A DNA stretch of 64,000 nucleotides from Acaryochloridaceae cyanobacterium VAR_48_metabat_390 (GTDB taxonomy: Bacteria > Cyanobacteriota > Cyanobacteriia > Thermosynechococcales > Thermosynechococcaceae): positions 64,001-128,000 of the forward strand of contig JANPLU010000030.1 in assembly GCA_031422435.1 (NCBI GenBank). Direction: 5' to 3'. Below the pieces are notes generated by a model, which was not told where the DNA came from, searched no databases, and saw only the letters and a list, made by a program, of their open reading frames with translations. The translations under genes were made by a program, and so were the position numbers. Below, piece by piece: positions 10,539 through 19,935 of the stretch. The number at the start of each line of letters is the position of its first letter. Position 1 is the first letter of the stretch.

Positions 10539-11321
10539 GTGATTCGCATCGACAAACCCAAAATTGCACCTGCAAAGCTAACCACAGACGGGAAAACCAA
10601 AGCAGATTCCCACATTGATGAATACCATCAAACCCCAGTTGATTATCAGCAAGGCAAAAAATCCTTCAGCTTCTCCAGCGATATTTATGGGCATCGCAGC
10701 GTAAAAGCCGCTCTGGTGCTTGCCCAGCATAAAAAATGCTGCTTTTGTGAGCGCCTTGTCGGAGACGATGGCGACGTAGAACACTTTCGCCCCAAAAGTG
10801 CCTACACTCAAAAAAAGGGAGGCAAGCTCAATCGTCCTGGCTACTACTGGCTTGCCTACGCTTGGGACAATTTATACCTCAGTTGCAGCGCCTGCAACCA
10901 ACGACAAAAGCGAAACCTATTTCCGCTAACTAAACCCACAACCCGCGCTCATTCCCACAGCCACAACATTAGCCTCGAAGAACCCCTGTTCGTTAACCCT
11001 GGAGTTGAAGACCCTAGCAAACACATTGCATTTAGGGGTGAAGTATCTCATCCAGTCCCTGGAAGTACAAAGGGAAAAATAACGATTGAAAATCTGAATC
11101 TAAATCGAGACATCTTGCTAGATATTCGATTTAGACATCTTCAGAACCTGAAACGTCATCTTGATATCATCACAATCGCGGTGACAAAACCTGAAGATGC
11201 TGAATGGCAAGCTGTAGCCGCTGAGGCAAGACACTTTTTAAGAGATGCAATTTCCGACCAAGGTGAATTTGCTGCCGCCACTCGTGCAGCTTTAAAGGAT
11301 GATTTGAAGAGCTTTATGTGA
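10539..11321 (+). CDS. HNH endonuclease, PtuB/TIGR02646-like
   Basis: MIRIDK start, CCFCE, VEHFRPK, YWLAYAWDNLYLSCSACNQ, PLFVNP. Confidence 0.85.
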   Translation: MIRIDKPKIAPAKLTTDGKTKADSHIDEYHQTPVDYQQGKKSFSFSSDIYGHRSVKAALVLAQHKKCCFCERLVGDDGDVEHFRPKSAYTQKKGGKLNRPGYYWLAYAWDNLYLSCSACNQRQKRNLFPLTKPTTRAHSHSHNISLEEPLFVNPGVEDPSKHIAFRGEVSHPVPGSTKGKITIENLNLNRDILLDIRFRHLQNLKRHLDIITIAVTKPEDAEWQAVAAEARHFLRDAISDQGEFAAATRAALKDDLKSFM

Positions 11322-11348
11322 TGAACAGTGTGGGCTTACTCCCATTTA

Positions 11349-12032
11349 TCAATAAGGCGGTTCCGCTGGCCTATCATACCCGCACATTCCTATTCGTGGC
11401 GAATTCACCAAAGGGATTGGTTCATCATAGTTGTGATGGGGATGAGTCTTGGTGTGAGCATCACAGAGCGTTCCCCAAGTTTGATCTTCATATAGACATT
11501 CCATGCATAGATGCGTTGCAGGTTGTCCACACTCAATGCATTTTTCTTCCGGCATGAGGTTTCGTGCCATTAGAACGATCGCCCTCGAAGTCGTAGGCTT
11601 CCCTTCCCGCACGCTCACCAGCTTTACCATCGTTTCTGAAGACGTGCCAAAGTCATAAATGTGGGTCAACGTACTGCCAAGCTGAAATACATCCTTAACT
11701 TTTCGGGTTTTCCCAACGGCTTGGGCAAAGCCACCGCTCAGCGAAAACTGGCTCATGTGACCACAGCATTCTAGCCAGATGGCGCGCAAATATTCATCTA
11801 AATGCTGCAAAGACTTAGAACCGCGCATTTCTAAATCGAGCCAAAATTCGTTGCGGTAGGCATCCTGTACACGCAGGTGAAAGAGCGTTTCTGGGGCTGC
11901 TTTGCCTGCTTCGGATTTGGCTATTGCCGCCAATCTTTCCTTGCAGGTTCCCAAGTGCTTCGTCATTGCACCTTTTGCCAGTTCCTTGCTGCAATAGGCA
12001 CAGGCTCCCTTCGACTGCTTTCTCTGTGCCAA
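11349..12032 (-). CDS. pRiA4b ORF-3-like protein with putative N- and C-terminal Zn-binding motifs
   Basis: LQHLDEYLRAIWLECCGHMSQF and HIYDFG core; CAYC..H..C and CIEC..CMEC..C..H clusters; GAGGAGG RBS before a TTG start. Confidence 0.65.
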   Translation of the reverse strand: MAQRKQSKGACAYCSKELAKGAMTKHLGTCKERLAAIAKSEAGKAAPETLFHLRVQDAYRNEFWLDLEMRGSKSLQHLDEYLRAIWLECCGHMSQFSLSGGFAQAVGKTRKVKDVFQLGSTLTHIYDFGTSSETMVKLVSVREGKPTTSRAIVLMARNLMPEEKCIECGQPATHLCMECLYEDQTWGTLCDAHTKTHPHHNYDEPIPLVNSPRIGMCGYDRPAEPPY

Positions 12033-12094
12033 AGTTGACCTCCTCTAAGCCAAATTCTAACGTTGCGCTGAACTTGATCTTTTAAGCGGGTGGC

Positions 12095-12670
12095 TCAATC
12101 CATCCAGCCTACATCTACAGATTTAGGCTTGCTTGTACTGCTGCTCTGGCTGCTAGGCTGCACAGAATGAGAAGGGACAGACCTTAAAGACAATGGTGCT
12201 TTGCGCTGTGCTTGGGCTTTTGGCGCTTTCAATTCATCTACCGTTTTGCTCATCTGAGTATTTTCCTCAGAAAGCTGTAAAATCACATCTTTTGCCTCGG
12301 TCAGATCCGTCTTTAGCCGAGACACTTGAGCCTCAAGGCCACCTACTTCTTTTTGCTGACGCTTAACATCTGTCTGAAGGGATTTAATTTCGGACTGAAG
12401 CGTTTTTTCATGTTCCGCACCCTGAGCTAAAGCTGCCTTTAATTCAGTAATCTGCGCCGTAAACTTTGCCTCAGACGCATCATTTGCTTTAGCTGAGTCG
12501 GCGCTGCTCGCGGCAGCGGCAGATTTACGCGCACGGCTAGAGCTGGCAGCGGCAGCATCAACCGTTTCTGACTTTTCAACCTCGACAGGCTTAGATTCCG
12601 GTTCAGAAGTCTCCGGCGTTTCCTTCTCCACCTCTTGTCGCAAAATATCCGAAAGATTGCGGCGCGTCAT
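12095..12670 (-). CDS. mcdB: Carboxysome positioning adaptor McdB (type 2-like)
   Basis: Overlaps a ParA-family stop (ATGA); charged N-terminus, central coiled coil, low-complexity linkers, C-terminal Trp (DVGWMD); next to ndhF4/ccm genes. Confidence 0.78.
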   Translation of the reverse strand: MTRRNLSDILRQEVEKETPETSEPESKPVEVEKSETVDAAAASSSRARKSAAAASSADSAKANDASEAKFTAQITELKAALAQGAEHEKTLQSEIKSLQTDVKRQQKEVGGLEAQVSRLKTDLTEAKDVILQLSEENTQMSKTVDELKAPKAQAQRKAPLSLRSVPSHSVQPSSQSSSTSKPKSVDVGWMD

Positions 12671-13329
12671 GATTTTTTCCTCCAGTCTTTTTCAATTTCT
12701 TCAACCACCTGATGGTAGTCTGAACCCGCTTGGTCAGTATTGCGTCCCTGCCATTGCAGAATCGTCTTGCCTTCTAGCGCAGCCCGTTCGTGCGCTTTGT
12801 AAGCCCGAATAAACGCCGTACAAACCGGAATACTTAATTCCCGAAGGGTATTTTGCGCATCATGGGCTTCTTTAATACTGCGCGGATCAACCTTCGTGAG
12901 CAAGACGCGATGCATCACGCCACTGGGCAGCACCGCACTTCTGACTGTTTGCACCAAAGCCGCCAAGTCCATCGGGGCTGGAGGCGTTGGCAAAATCAAG
13001 TAGTCTGCGGCTGGAATGACCGCTGCAAGAGCTTCAGAAGCCAACGCTGGTGGAGTATCAACCACCACAACGCCATAGGTTTTAGCGTATTTTAGATCTT
13101 TGAGCAGTGATGGGTTGGTTTCCTTCGCAATGTCAAACCCCAAGCTGGTTTCACTCTGCTCTGCCCACCAAGAGGCAGAACCCTGAGGGTCAGCATCGAC
13201 TAGTAAAACTTTGTACGTTGCAGATAAGATTGCAGCCAAGCTCACGGCAGTAGTGGTTTTGCCAACGCCTCCTTTGCCATTAAGAACCACCAAAACCTTA
13301 TTTATTCGGGTAGATGAATTTACGGCCAC
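12667..13329 (-). CDS. mcdA: ParA/MinD-family ATPase McdA (type 2-like)
   Basis: Deviant Walker A KGGVGKT with signature Lys, DADPQGS, VVDTPP; no parB present; GTG at 13329 is the likely start (ORF track starts at 13365). Confidence 0.8.
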   Translation of the reverse strand: MAVNSSTRINKVLVVLNGKGGVGKTTTAVSLAAILSATYKVLLVDADPQGSASWWAEQSETSLGFDIAKETNPSLLKDLKYAKTYGVVVVDTPPALASEALAAVIPAADYLILPTPPAPMDLAALVQTVRSAVLPSGVMHRVLLTKVDPRSIKEAHDAQNTLRELSIPVCTAFIRAYKAHERAALEGKTILQWQGRNTDQAGSDYHQVVEEIEKDWRKKS

Positions 13330-13452
13330 ACCTTCGTCCCTACGCAAACATTTGGCTGATCTCAACTTGCTTCAATCCAAGTCTTTGAGAGCCTCTAACC
13401 TTCATTAAACCTTAGGATGGTGTCGTCGCTCGACATACTGCTAATCTTGCCT

Positions 13453-14595
13453 CTATGAAGCAGACCCAATTTGAACAGATTCTAGCTGTGATGATCGCAG
13501 CCGATCCATCCAGCCTTGGAGGTAAATCTGGTTCGTTTTTTGTTCTTTGGGGTCATGGGTGTCGATGGGATGAGGCATTAGACCCACAATGGTTGCGTTT
13601 GTGACGCAAAACATCGACTTCTGAAAACTTTCGCACAGTTTGATCAGTAGGTCATCTTCTTTACGGATGGTTTGTTGGTACACCTGATGCAAATAGTCTG
13701 GAATGTAGTGGCGCATGTCCTGCATGAGCAGCGTGGGGGGAATGCCAGCACCACCAATCGGGAGTGGGTCTGCATAAAGGGCACCGTAGGCAAAACGGCC
13801 TTGGTCAAAGGGAATCTGCTGTGCTTGGGCGTTGTAAGAAACTGTGCCCAAAAAGGGCGTTCCTCTAAAAAAGATAGTTTCCACATAGGGAATTGCCGCA
13901 TCTGCTAAAAAAGTTAGCTTTGCCGACTTAGGAATAATGTTGTAGCGTTGCCCCCCAATCTCGACGGCATAGACGATGGGTTTACTTGCTGCCGCAACCA
14001 GGCCAGCTTTAACATGCTCAACAATTTGAGAAACCGTCGTAATTTTGCCCTGATCGTACAAGTCCGATAGCGTGAGAAAAATCTCACACATAACATCCCA
14101 AAACTGGCCTAAAACGCTGTAGTAAACCGACTGCCGCACCTGCTCTAGCAAAAACTCAGGAAAGGCTTTGTTGAGTCCACGAATAAAAAAGTTGCCGCGC
14201 GTTTTAGCATCAATGGCTTTTTGGGCACATTTGCGAAACGTATCGGAATCTAGATACGCATCGAGTCCGCCACCGCCGTGCCACTGCATTACCTTCATGC
14301 AGTATTCGGCGTATTCAAAGTTAATGCGGTCATGCCACAAATGGCGCATTAGCTTGGCGATCGTGACTTTTCCGTCAAAGTATTTAAAAAACGGAAAAAG
14401 TTCTAGGAATTGCCCTTCGGCTATGTAAATCAAATTTTTGTAGTAGGCGTCCATCACAACGCCATAGCTTTTGAGGACGCCTACAACCTCCAAAACGTTC
14501 TCTGGCGTATCGGGCAGGAGGGTTTTTCCCTGCTGGATCCGTTCGATATACTCGGCGTAGGGATGCTTTGATTTGAGCTGAGGGGTGTTGGACAT
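13453..14595 (-). CDS. cupB: CO2 hydration protein CupB (ChpX)
   Basis: WHDRINFEYAEYCM, YADPLPIGGAGIPPTLLMQDMRH; 380 aa; no cupS downstream. Confidence 0.9.
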   Translation of the reverse strand: MSNTPQLKSKHPYAEYIERIQQGKTLLPDTPENVLEVVGVLKSYGVVMDAYYKNLIYIAEGQFLELFPFFKYFDGKVTIAKLMRHLWHDRINFEYAEYCMKVMQWHGGGGLDAYLDSDTFRKCAQKAIDAKTRGNFFIRGLNKAFPEFLLEQVRQSVYYSVLGQFWDVMCEIFLTLSDLYDQGKITTVSQIVEHVKAGLVAAASKPIVYAVEIGGQRYNIIPKSAKLTFLADAAIPYVETIFFRGTPFLGTVSYNAQAQQIPFDQGRFAYGALYADPLPIGGAGIPPTLLMQDMRHYIPDYLHQVYQQTIRKEDDLLIKLCESFQKSMFCVTNATIVGLMPHPIDTHDPKEQKTNQIYLQGWMDRLRSSQLESVQIGSAS

Positions 14596-14697
14596 GAAAT
14601 GACTTCCGCAAAAAAATCAGCGCTACTTTAGCAAGGCTTGCTAAGGATCATGAATTAAATAACTTGGAACATTGATTAAATGCCGTGCGCTTTGCAC

Positions 14698-14740
14698 TCC
14701 CTTATCCCCTAGCCCCTTCCCCCAGCAGGAGAAGGGGGAC
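14698..14740. repeat. Small cyanobacterial intergenic palindromic element (CCCCTTC...GAAGGGG)
   Basis: CCCCTTC at 14713-14719 pairs with GAAGGGG at 14731-14737, preceded by a C-rich tract; resembles dispersed cyanobacterial short repeats; single copy in this window. Confidence 0.45.
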
Positions 14741-14747
14741 AAGATTT

Positions 14748-16274
14748 TTACTCTGAAGATTGACCTAAGACATCAGCACGTTGGGCAAGCACCGCGATAG
14801 GAGGCGCAGCAGTTTTCGCTAATTGGGTAATACTGGCTTCTGTCCAACCTGTTATCCAACTGGGCTGGAGTCCAAACAAAACGACTAAAAGTGCAAGGAG
14901 AATACCAGGATAGCGATCGCTCCAAGCCACAGGTGGCAATGTTACTACCTTATCATCGGCACGGGTGGCAAGGCGACCAAAGAATGCCTGGTTGACCAGC
15001 AGCAGAAAGTAAACGGCGGTTAGCCCCGTCCCTACCATGCACAGCAGTGTCTGCACCGGAAATGCTGTAAAGCTAGCGCGAAATACTAAAAATTCAGAGA
15101 TAAACCCAACCATGCCAGGAATTCCTGCACTTGCCATCACGCCCAGCACCATGAGACTGCCGATGACGGGTAACCCCCGTTCTGGGTTGAGCAATCCTCT
15201 TAAAATTGTGAGGTCGCGGGTTCCGGTCTTTTTGTAGACAACGCCAACCAACAAAAATAGCAGTGCTGAAATGAGGCCGTGGCTGACCATTTGCAGTTCA
15301 ACAGCAACCAGGCTAAGGGGAGTTGCAGCAGCGGCAGCCAGTAAAATAAAGCCCATGTGCCCGACAGAACTGAAGGCCACCATCTTTTTCATGTCAGTTT
15401 GGGCGATCGCCGTAAATGCCCCATACAGCACGCTCACCACCGCCCAAGACGCCAGCCAGGGTGCCAGTACAGACCACGCTTCAGGAAATAAACCCACTCC
15501 AAACCTCAGCAGACCATAGGTGCCAAGCTTTAGCAATACCCCAGCCAGCAAAACAGAGACAGGTGTAGATGCCTCAACATGGGCGTCGGGTAGCCAGGTA
15601 TGCAGAGGAACGATGGGAATTTTGATGCCAAAGCCCAGAAGTAGCCCACCCAATAACAGTACCTGCTGCGTTAGCGAGAGAGAATGAGCTAGATCGGGCT
15701 GGTAGGCAAAACTATCGGCTCCGCTCAGCCAAACCAAACCCAAAAAGCTGCCTAAGATAGCGATGCCAGAAACGGCGGTGTAGATCAAAAACTTAGTTGC
15801 GGCATACCCGCGCCGTGCCCCGCCCCAGATTCCAATCAGCAGGTACAAAGGAATCAGCTCAATCTCATAAAACAGGAAAAATAGCAGCATATTTTCTGCT
15901 AAAAACGCGCCCACTACGCCAAAATTCAGCAGCAGCATGAGGCTGTAGTAAAATCGTGGACGCTCGATTTCATCATCTGTGCTGTAGAGGGCAATGCAGG
16001 TCAAAAGGCTATTGAGGGCAACGAGAGGAAAGGAAAGGCCATCAATGCCCACCTGGTACCGCAGCCCTAAACTATCCAGCCACGGGATGGTTTCTTGAAA
16101 CTGAGATCCGGCGATCGCAATATCAAACTGCGACCCAATCACAGCCGTCCACACCAGCGCCAGCACAGACACAGCTAAACTGAATTGCTTCACCTGCCGT
16201 CCAGACTGAAAGTTAGGCCACACCACAATGGCGATCGCCCCTATCAGCGGAATCCAAAGGAGTATGCTTAGCAT
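14748..16274 (-). CDS. ndhD4: NDH-1 subunit D4 (CO2 uptake)
   Basis: NuoM-type motifs FYEIELIPLY, PLHTWLPDAHVEA, LLKLGTYG, NPERGLP; lies between ndhF and cupB. Confidence 0.9.
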   Translation of the reverse strand: MLSILLWIPLIGAIAIVVWPNFQSGRQVKQFSLAVSVLALVWTAVIGSQFDIAIAGSQFQETIPWLDSLGLRYQVGIDGLSFPLVALNSLLTCIALYSTDDEIERPRFYYSLMLLLNFGVVGAFLAENMLLFFLFYEIELIPLYLLIGIWGGARRGYAATKFLIYTAVSGIAILGSFLGLVWLSGADSFAYQPDLAHSLSLTQQVLLLGGLLLGFGIKIPIVPLHTWLPDAHVEASTPVSVLLAGVLLKLGTYGLLRFGVGLFPEAWSVLAPWLASWAVVSVLYGAFTAIAQTDMKKMVAFSSVGHMGFILLAAAAATPLSLVAVELQMVSHGLISALLFLLVGVVYKKTGTRDLTILRGLLNPERGLPVIGSLMVLGVMASAGIPGMVGFISEFLVFRASFTAFPVQTLLCMVGTGLTAVYFLLLVNQAFFGRLATRADDKVVTLPPVAWSDRYPGILLALLVVLFGLQPSWITGWTEASITQLAKTAAPPIAVLAQRADVLGQSSE

Positions 16275-16284
16275 TTGTTTTCCT

Positions 16285-18120
16285 CTACCACAAAGTCCAG
16301 GTGAATAACAGCCCCAAAATGCCGACGCCCAGCAAAATGGTCAGCATATAAAACTGAGACTGTCCCGAAGCGCTGTATTTCAAACTTTCTCCACCCAGCA
16401 CCGAAGCCAGCCCAATGGCGTTGACGAGGCCATCTACGATATAGCGATCAATCCAGGCGGTAATCTGCGACAGAGACGCCACCACAAACACCACCGTGAC
16501 GCGATACAGCCGATCAATATAAAAATCGTAGGCCAAAATATCTTGCAGAACCCGCAGCGGCTTTTGGATGGGTCGCGCCATTGATCGATTCAGATTTAGG
16601 GTTGCACCAATGCTACAGCCAATAATGCCAGACAGCACTAGTGCCGCCGCCGCACTTTTGTTGATGTAGGCAAGGTTGGGCAGCAGCGATAAACGCATCA
16701 TCATCAAAGGGGACAAAAGCGTCACGATAATCATAGACACCATTGGCACTGCCATAGGCCAAGGCACTTCCGGGGCACGCCGCGTTTTGGGTTGGGATGC
16801 CCCCAAAAAGACCAGTCGAAAAATCCGCGTGAGGTTAATGGCAGTCAGCAGATTGACCGTCAACACAATCGCCGCCAGCAGCGGTTGGTCGTACCAGTAG
16901 ATATCTAACCCGCGCTCAAAAGCCCAAAAACAGCCCAGTGGAAACAGCCCGACCAGTGCCGAAGCCCCCACCACAAAAGAGGTTGTGGTGGCAGGCATCC
17001 GTGACCACAGCCCGCCGTACTCCGTCAGATCCTGCGTGTTGGTGGTGATGATGAGTCCCCCCACGCTCATAAAAATTAAGGCTTTGGCGATCGCATGGGT
17101 GAACAGCAGCAAAAAAGCCACGTTCGTCCACTGCATTCCCACGGCAATAAACACCAGCCCCAAGTAGGCACTGGTGGAGTGAGAGAGTGCGCGCTTGATA
17201 TCAATTTGGGCGATCGCCACTAGAGATTCACCAATGGCGGTAATGCTGCCAATCACCACCAGCGTCGTCAACGCTACGGGCGATAGGTTTAAAATCGGCT
17301 GGAGCTTAATTAAAAAATAGGCACCCGACGACACCACTACAGAATTTCGCAAAATTGAGGCAGGGTTAGGTCCCTCCATCGCCTCATCTAACCAAAGGTG
17401 AAACGGAAACTGCGCACATTTGCCCGAAGGTCCTGCAATCAATGCCAGCCCTAAAAGTGTGGCAACCCAGGGGGTTAACGTTGCTGTCTCTGCCCAGTCA
17501 TACAGATCCGGAAAATTTAGGCTTCCTGCCAGCACAGAGAGCGTAACCACCCCCATCAGCAGCAAAATATCGCCCACCCGCTTAGTCAAAAACGCATCCC
17601 GTGCGGCGGTCACAACCAGAGGCTGGGCATACCAAAAGCCCACCAATAGGTAGGTTGAGAGCGTCAGCATCTCTAACAGGGCGTAGCTTAAAAACAGCGA
17701 ATTGCTAATGGCAAGGCCGCTCATTGCCGCCTCAAAAAAGCCCATCAGCCCAAAGAACCGCGCTAAGGCAAAGTCTTTTTCCATGTAGCCTAGGGCAAAG
17801 ATCTGAGCCAAAAAACTGAGGCTTGTCACCAGCTCCATCACGCCCATCGTTGTCGAAGAAATTTCGACCAAAAACGTTAGGTCAAAGTCGGCCACTGTAA
17901 GCCAGTGAAAGACAAGCTGCACTGGCTCCTGATGCCAAGTTGCTCGAAACGCCAAGGTGCCGTGAACCAGTGACACTACCGTCATCAAAATGTTGAAATA
18001 GGCCGCAGGACGAGGCCCTGAACGCTTTACCAAGCCCATCGACCACGGCAGGGTCAACAACGCCCCCAATAGCCCATAGCAGGGCACCCACCAGCTTGTT
18101 TGCACCAGAATGTCATTCAT
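16285..18120 (-). CDS. ndhF4: NDH-1 subunit F4 (CO2 uptake)
   Basis: GPRPAAY, KCAQFPFHLWLDEAMEGP, RRAPEVPWPM; operon with ndhD4-cupB. Confidence 0.9.
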   Translation of the reverse strand: MNDILVQTSWWVPCYGLLGALLTLPWSMGLVKRSGPRPAAYFNILMTVVSLVHGTLAFRATWHQEPVQLVFHWLTVADFDLTFLVEISSTTMGVMELVTSLSFLAQIFALGYMEKDFALARFFGLMGFFEAAMSGLAISNSLFLSYALLEMLTLSTYLLVGFWYAQPLVVTAARDAFLTKRVGDILLLMGVVTLSVLAGSLNFPDLYDWAETATLTPWVATLLGLALIAGPSGKCAQFPFHLWLDEAMEGPNPASILRNSVVVSSGAYFLIKLQPILNLSPVALTTLVVIGSITAIGESLVAIAQIDIKRALSHSTSAYLGLVFIAVGMQWTNVAFLLLFTHAIAKALIFMSVGGLIITTNTQDLTEYGGLWSRMPATTTSFVVGASALVGLFPLGCFWAFERGLDIYWYDQPLLAAIVLTVNLLTAINLTRIFRLVFLGASQPKTRRAPEVPWPMAVPMVSMIIVTLLSPLMMMRLSLLPNLAYINKSAAAALVLSGIIGCSIGATLNLNRSMARPIQKPLRVLQDILAYDFYIDRLYRVTVVFVVASLSQITAWIDRYIVDGLVNAIGLASVLGGESLKYSASGQSQFYMLTILLGVGILGLLFTWTLW

Positions 18121-18573
18121 GGGAATGTTCCATTGCGATCGCCGCCCTAACCGAGTTATTTACAAAACTTAATTCCAATTTTAAGGCACTCATTGCTGTA
18201 TCAGTCGTAGGTACAACAGCTCACGAGCTTTATTGAAAGCACCTCGAAATTGATGGCTGCCCCATCAACGGAATCACAATATTCTTTGCCGCCACGCAAA
18301 GGTTTGATCGCTAGACGTCATGCTGAGCAAACGCTTCAGCAAAAAGGCGCATTTTTTAGAGCCTTATTTTTGATCGTCTCAGGTCAAATGATTAAACCTC
18401 AGCTTAGACCTCAACGATGCGCAAGAAAAGAGCCGCGTTATAAAAAATGATCAATCGTTTCTCTGATTCTTACTTATGAGACCCGTTTAATAATATTTTT
18501 ATAAAGGGGCACTCGCGGTTTCCGTAGCGGTTTCAATGGACTGAGTTTGGGGCAAGTCTCTCACGAAGAGACT

Positions 18574-18588
18574 ATTAGCTGAGCTAAT
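18574..18588. promoter_or_regulatory. RbcR (LysR-type) binding motif upstream of ccmK2
   Basis: ATTAG-CTGAG-CTAAT is an exact fit to ATTA(G/A)-N5-(C/T)TAAT, about 200 bp upstream of ccmK2. Confidence 0.65.
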
Positions 18589-18790
18589 GTCTTAAATTTG
18601 AAACTATCATTGAAACTTATATTGTCAAAAGGAGCACAGCAACTCTATTCTTAGTTTCATAAGCCTGAAAGCCTTTATGACATAGAACGATGAGTATCCT
18701 CGTGCAACAACGAGCTAAGGGTGGCTCCTTCAGTCCTGAACAAAGGTGAAGCGATCAATTTTACGTTAGGAATTACGTTAGGAGAGTGTT

Positions 18791-19099
18791 ATGCCGATTG
18801 CGGTTGGAATGATTGAGACCAAAGGCTTTCCTGCTGTTGTAGAAGCAGCGGACGCAATGGTTAAGGCAGCGCGGGTGACGCTGGTGGGCTACGAAAAGAT
18901 CGGCAGTGGTCGCGTCACCGTGATCGTGCGAGGGGATGTGTCTGAGGTTCAGGCTTCTGTTGCCGCAGGTGTTGAGTCTGCAAAGCGGGTCAATGGTGGA
19001 GAAGTGCTTTCAACGCACATCATTGCGCGCCCTCACGAAAACCTAGAGTATGTGCTGCCTATCCGCTACACCGAAGACGTTGAGCAGTTTAGAACCTAG
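18791..19099 (+). CDS. ccmK2: Carboxysome shell hexamer CcmK2
   Basis: [29 protein letters not shown]; 102 aa with short C-terminus. Confidence 0.93.
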   Translation: MPIAVGMIETKGFPAVVEAADAMVKAARVTLVGYEKIGSGRVTVIVRGDVSEVQASVAAGVESAKRVNGGEVLSTHIIARPHENLEYVLPIRYTEDVEQFRT

Positions 19100-19155
19100 G
19101 TTCTGGATGGCTAGGTTTTCAAAGTTTATCTTTTTAATTTTTGGAGAATAATGTT

Positions 19156-19497
19156 ATGGCGATCGCAGTTGGCATGATTGAAACCCTAGGGTTTCCCGCT
19201 GTTGTAGAAGCAGCCGATGCAATGGTAAAAGCCGCCCGCGTCACGCTGGTCGGCTACGAAAAAATTGGGAGTGGTCGCGTCACCGTCATCGTGCGGGGAG
19301 ACGTTTCTGAAGTCCAGGCTTCCGTTGCTGCCGGAATCGACAACGTGCGCCGCGTCAATGGTGGGCAAGTATTGTCTACCCACATCATTGCGCGCCCCCA
19401 CGAAAACCTAGAGTACGTACTGCCCATCCGCTACACCGAAGATGTTGAGCAGTTCCGCGAAAGCGTCAGCGGCATTCGCCCAATTGGCAGACCATAA
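19156..19497 (+). CDS. ccmK1: Carboxysome shell hexamer CcmK1
   Basis: Same BMC core plus a C-terminal extension ([12 protein letters not shown]); ATG at 19156 after GGAG. Confidence 0.9.
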   Translation: MAIAVGMIETLGFPAVVEAADAMVKAARVTLVGYEKIGSGRVTVIVRGDVSEVQASVAAGIDNVRRVNGGQVLSTHIIARPHENLEYVLPIRYTEDVEQFRESVSGIRPIGRP

Positions 19498-19503
19498 CCC
19501 TCC

Positions 19504-19803
19504 ATGCAAATTGCTCAGGTTCGCGGCACTGTTGTAAGTACCCAAAAAGAACCAAGCCTCATGGGCGTTAAATTTATACTGGTGCAGCTCATTGATGAAG
19601 AAGGTCAGCTTCTTCCAAAATATGAAGTTGCGGCTGATTGCGTTGGGGCAGGTGTTAATGAATGGGTTTTGGTGAGTCGCGGTAGCGCAGCGCGCCAGCT
19701 CCCAGGTTACGAAAAGCGACCTTTAGACGCTTTAGTGGTTGGCATCATTGACACCGTTAGTCTCGATAATCGTCAGCTCTACAGCAAAAAAGACCAGTAC
19801 TAG
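19504..19803 (+). CDS. ccmL: Carboxysome vertex pentamer CcmL
   Basis: MQIAQVRGTVVSTQK...GAGVNEWVLVSRGSAAR...IID. Confidence 0.96.
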   Translation: MQIAQVRGTVVSTQKEPSLMGVKFILVQLIDEEGQLLPKYEVAADCVGAGVNEWVLVSRGSAARQLPGYEKRPLDALVVGIIDTVSLDNRQLYSKKDQY

Positions 19804-19819
19804 CCTTTGCTTCGTTTTG

Positions 19820-19856
19820 ACCCAGCCTTGCCATCTTTAAGATGGCCTTTTTGGGT
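19820..19856 (+). terminator. Hairpin with T-tract between ccmL and ccmM
   Basis: GCCATCT-TTA-AGATGGC followed by CTTTTT; outer ACCCA/TGGGT pairing. Confidence 0.45.
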
Positions 19857-19935
19857 GCTTTAACACGTAGTTTCCTGCGTAAGCAGTCAATTCCCACTAC
19901 AAACTGAGTTTTAATATTCAGTCAGGAGATTATTC

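Noticed and set aside
9078..11348. Retron (Ec78/Ec83-type) associated with the ATPase+HNH pair
   Set aside because: No reverse transcriptase ORF, and the flanking spacers (68 and 27 bp) are too short for msr-msd
12095..13365. Chromosome or plasmid ParAB partition system
   Set aside because: The partner lacks ParB motifs and no parS was seen; features and context fit McdAB better
8845..14912. HIP1 gap as proof of horizontal transfer of the defence genes
   Set aside because: The apparent gap also covers native mcdAB and cupB, so it is not diagnostic
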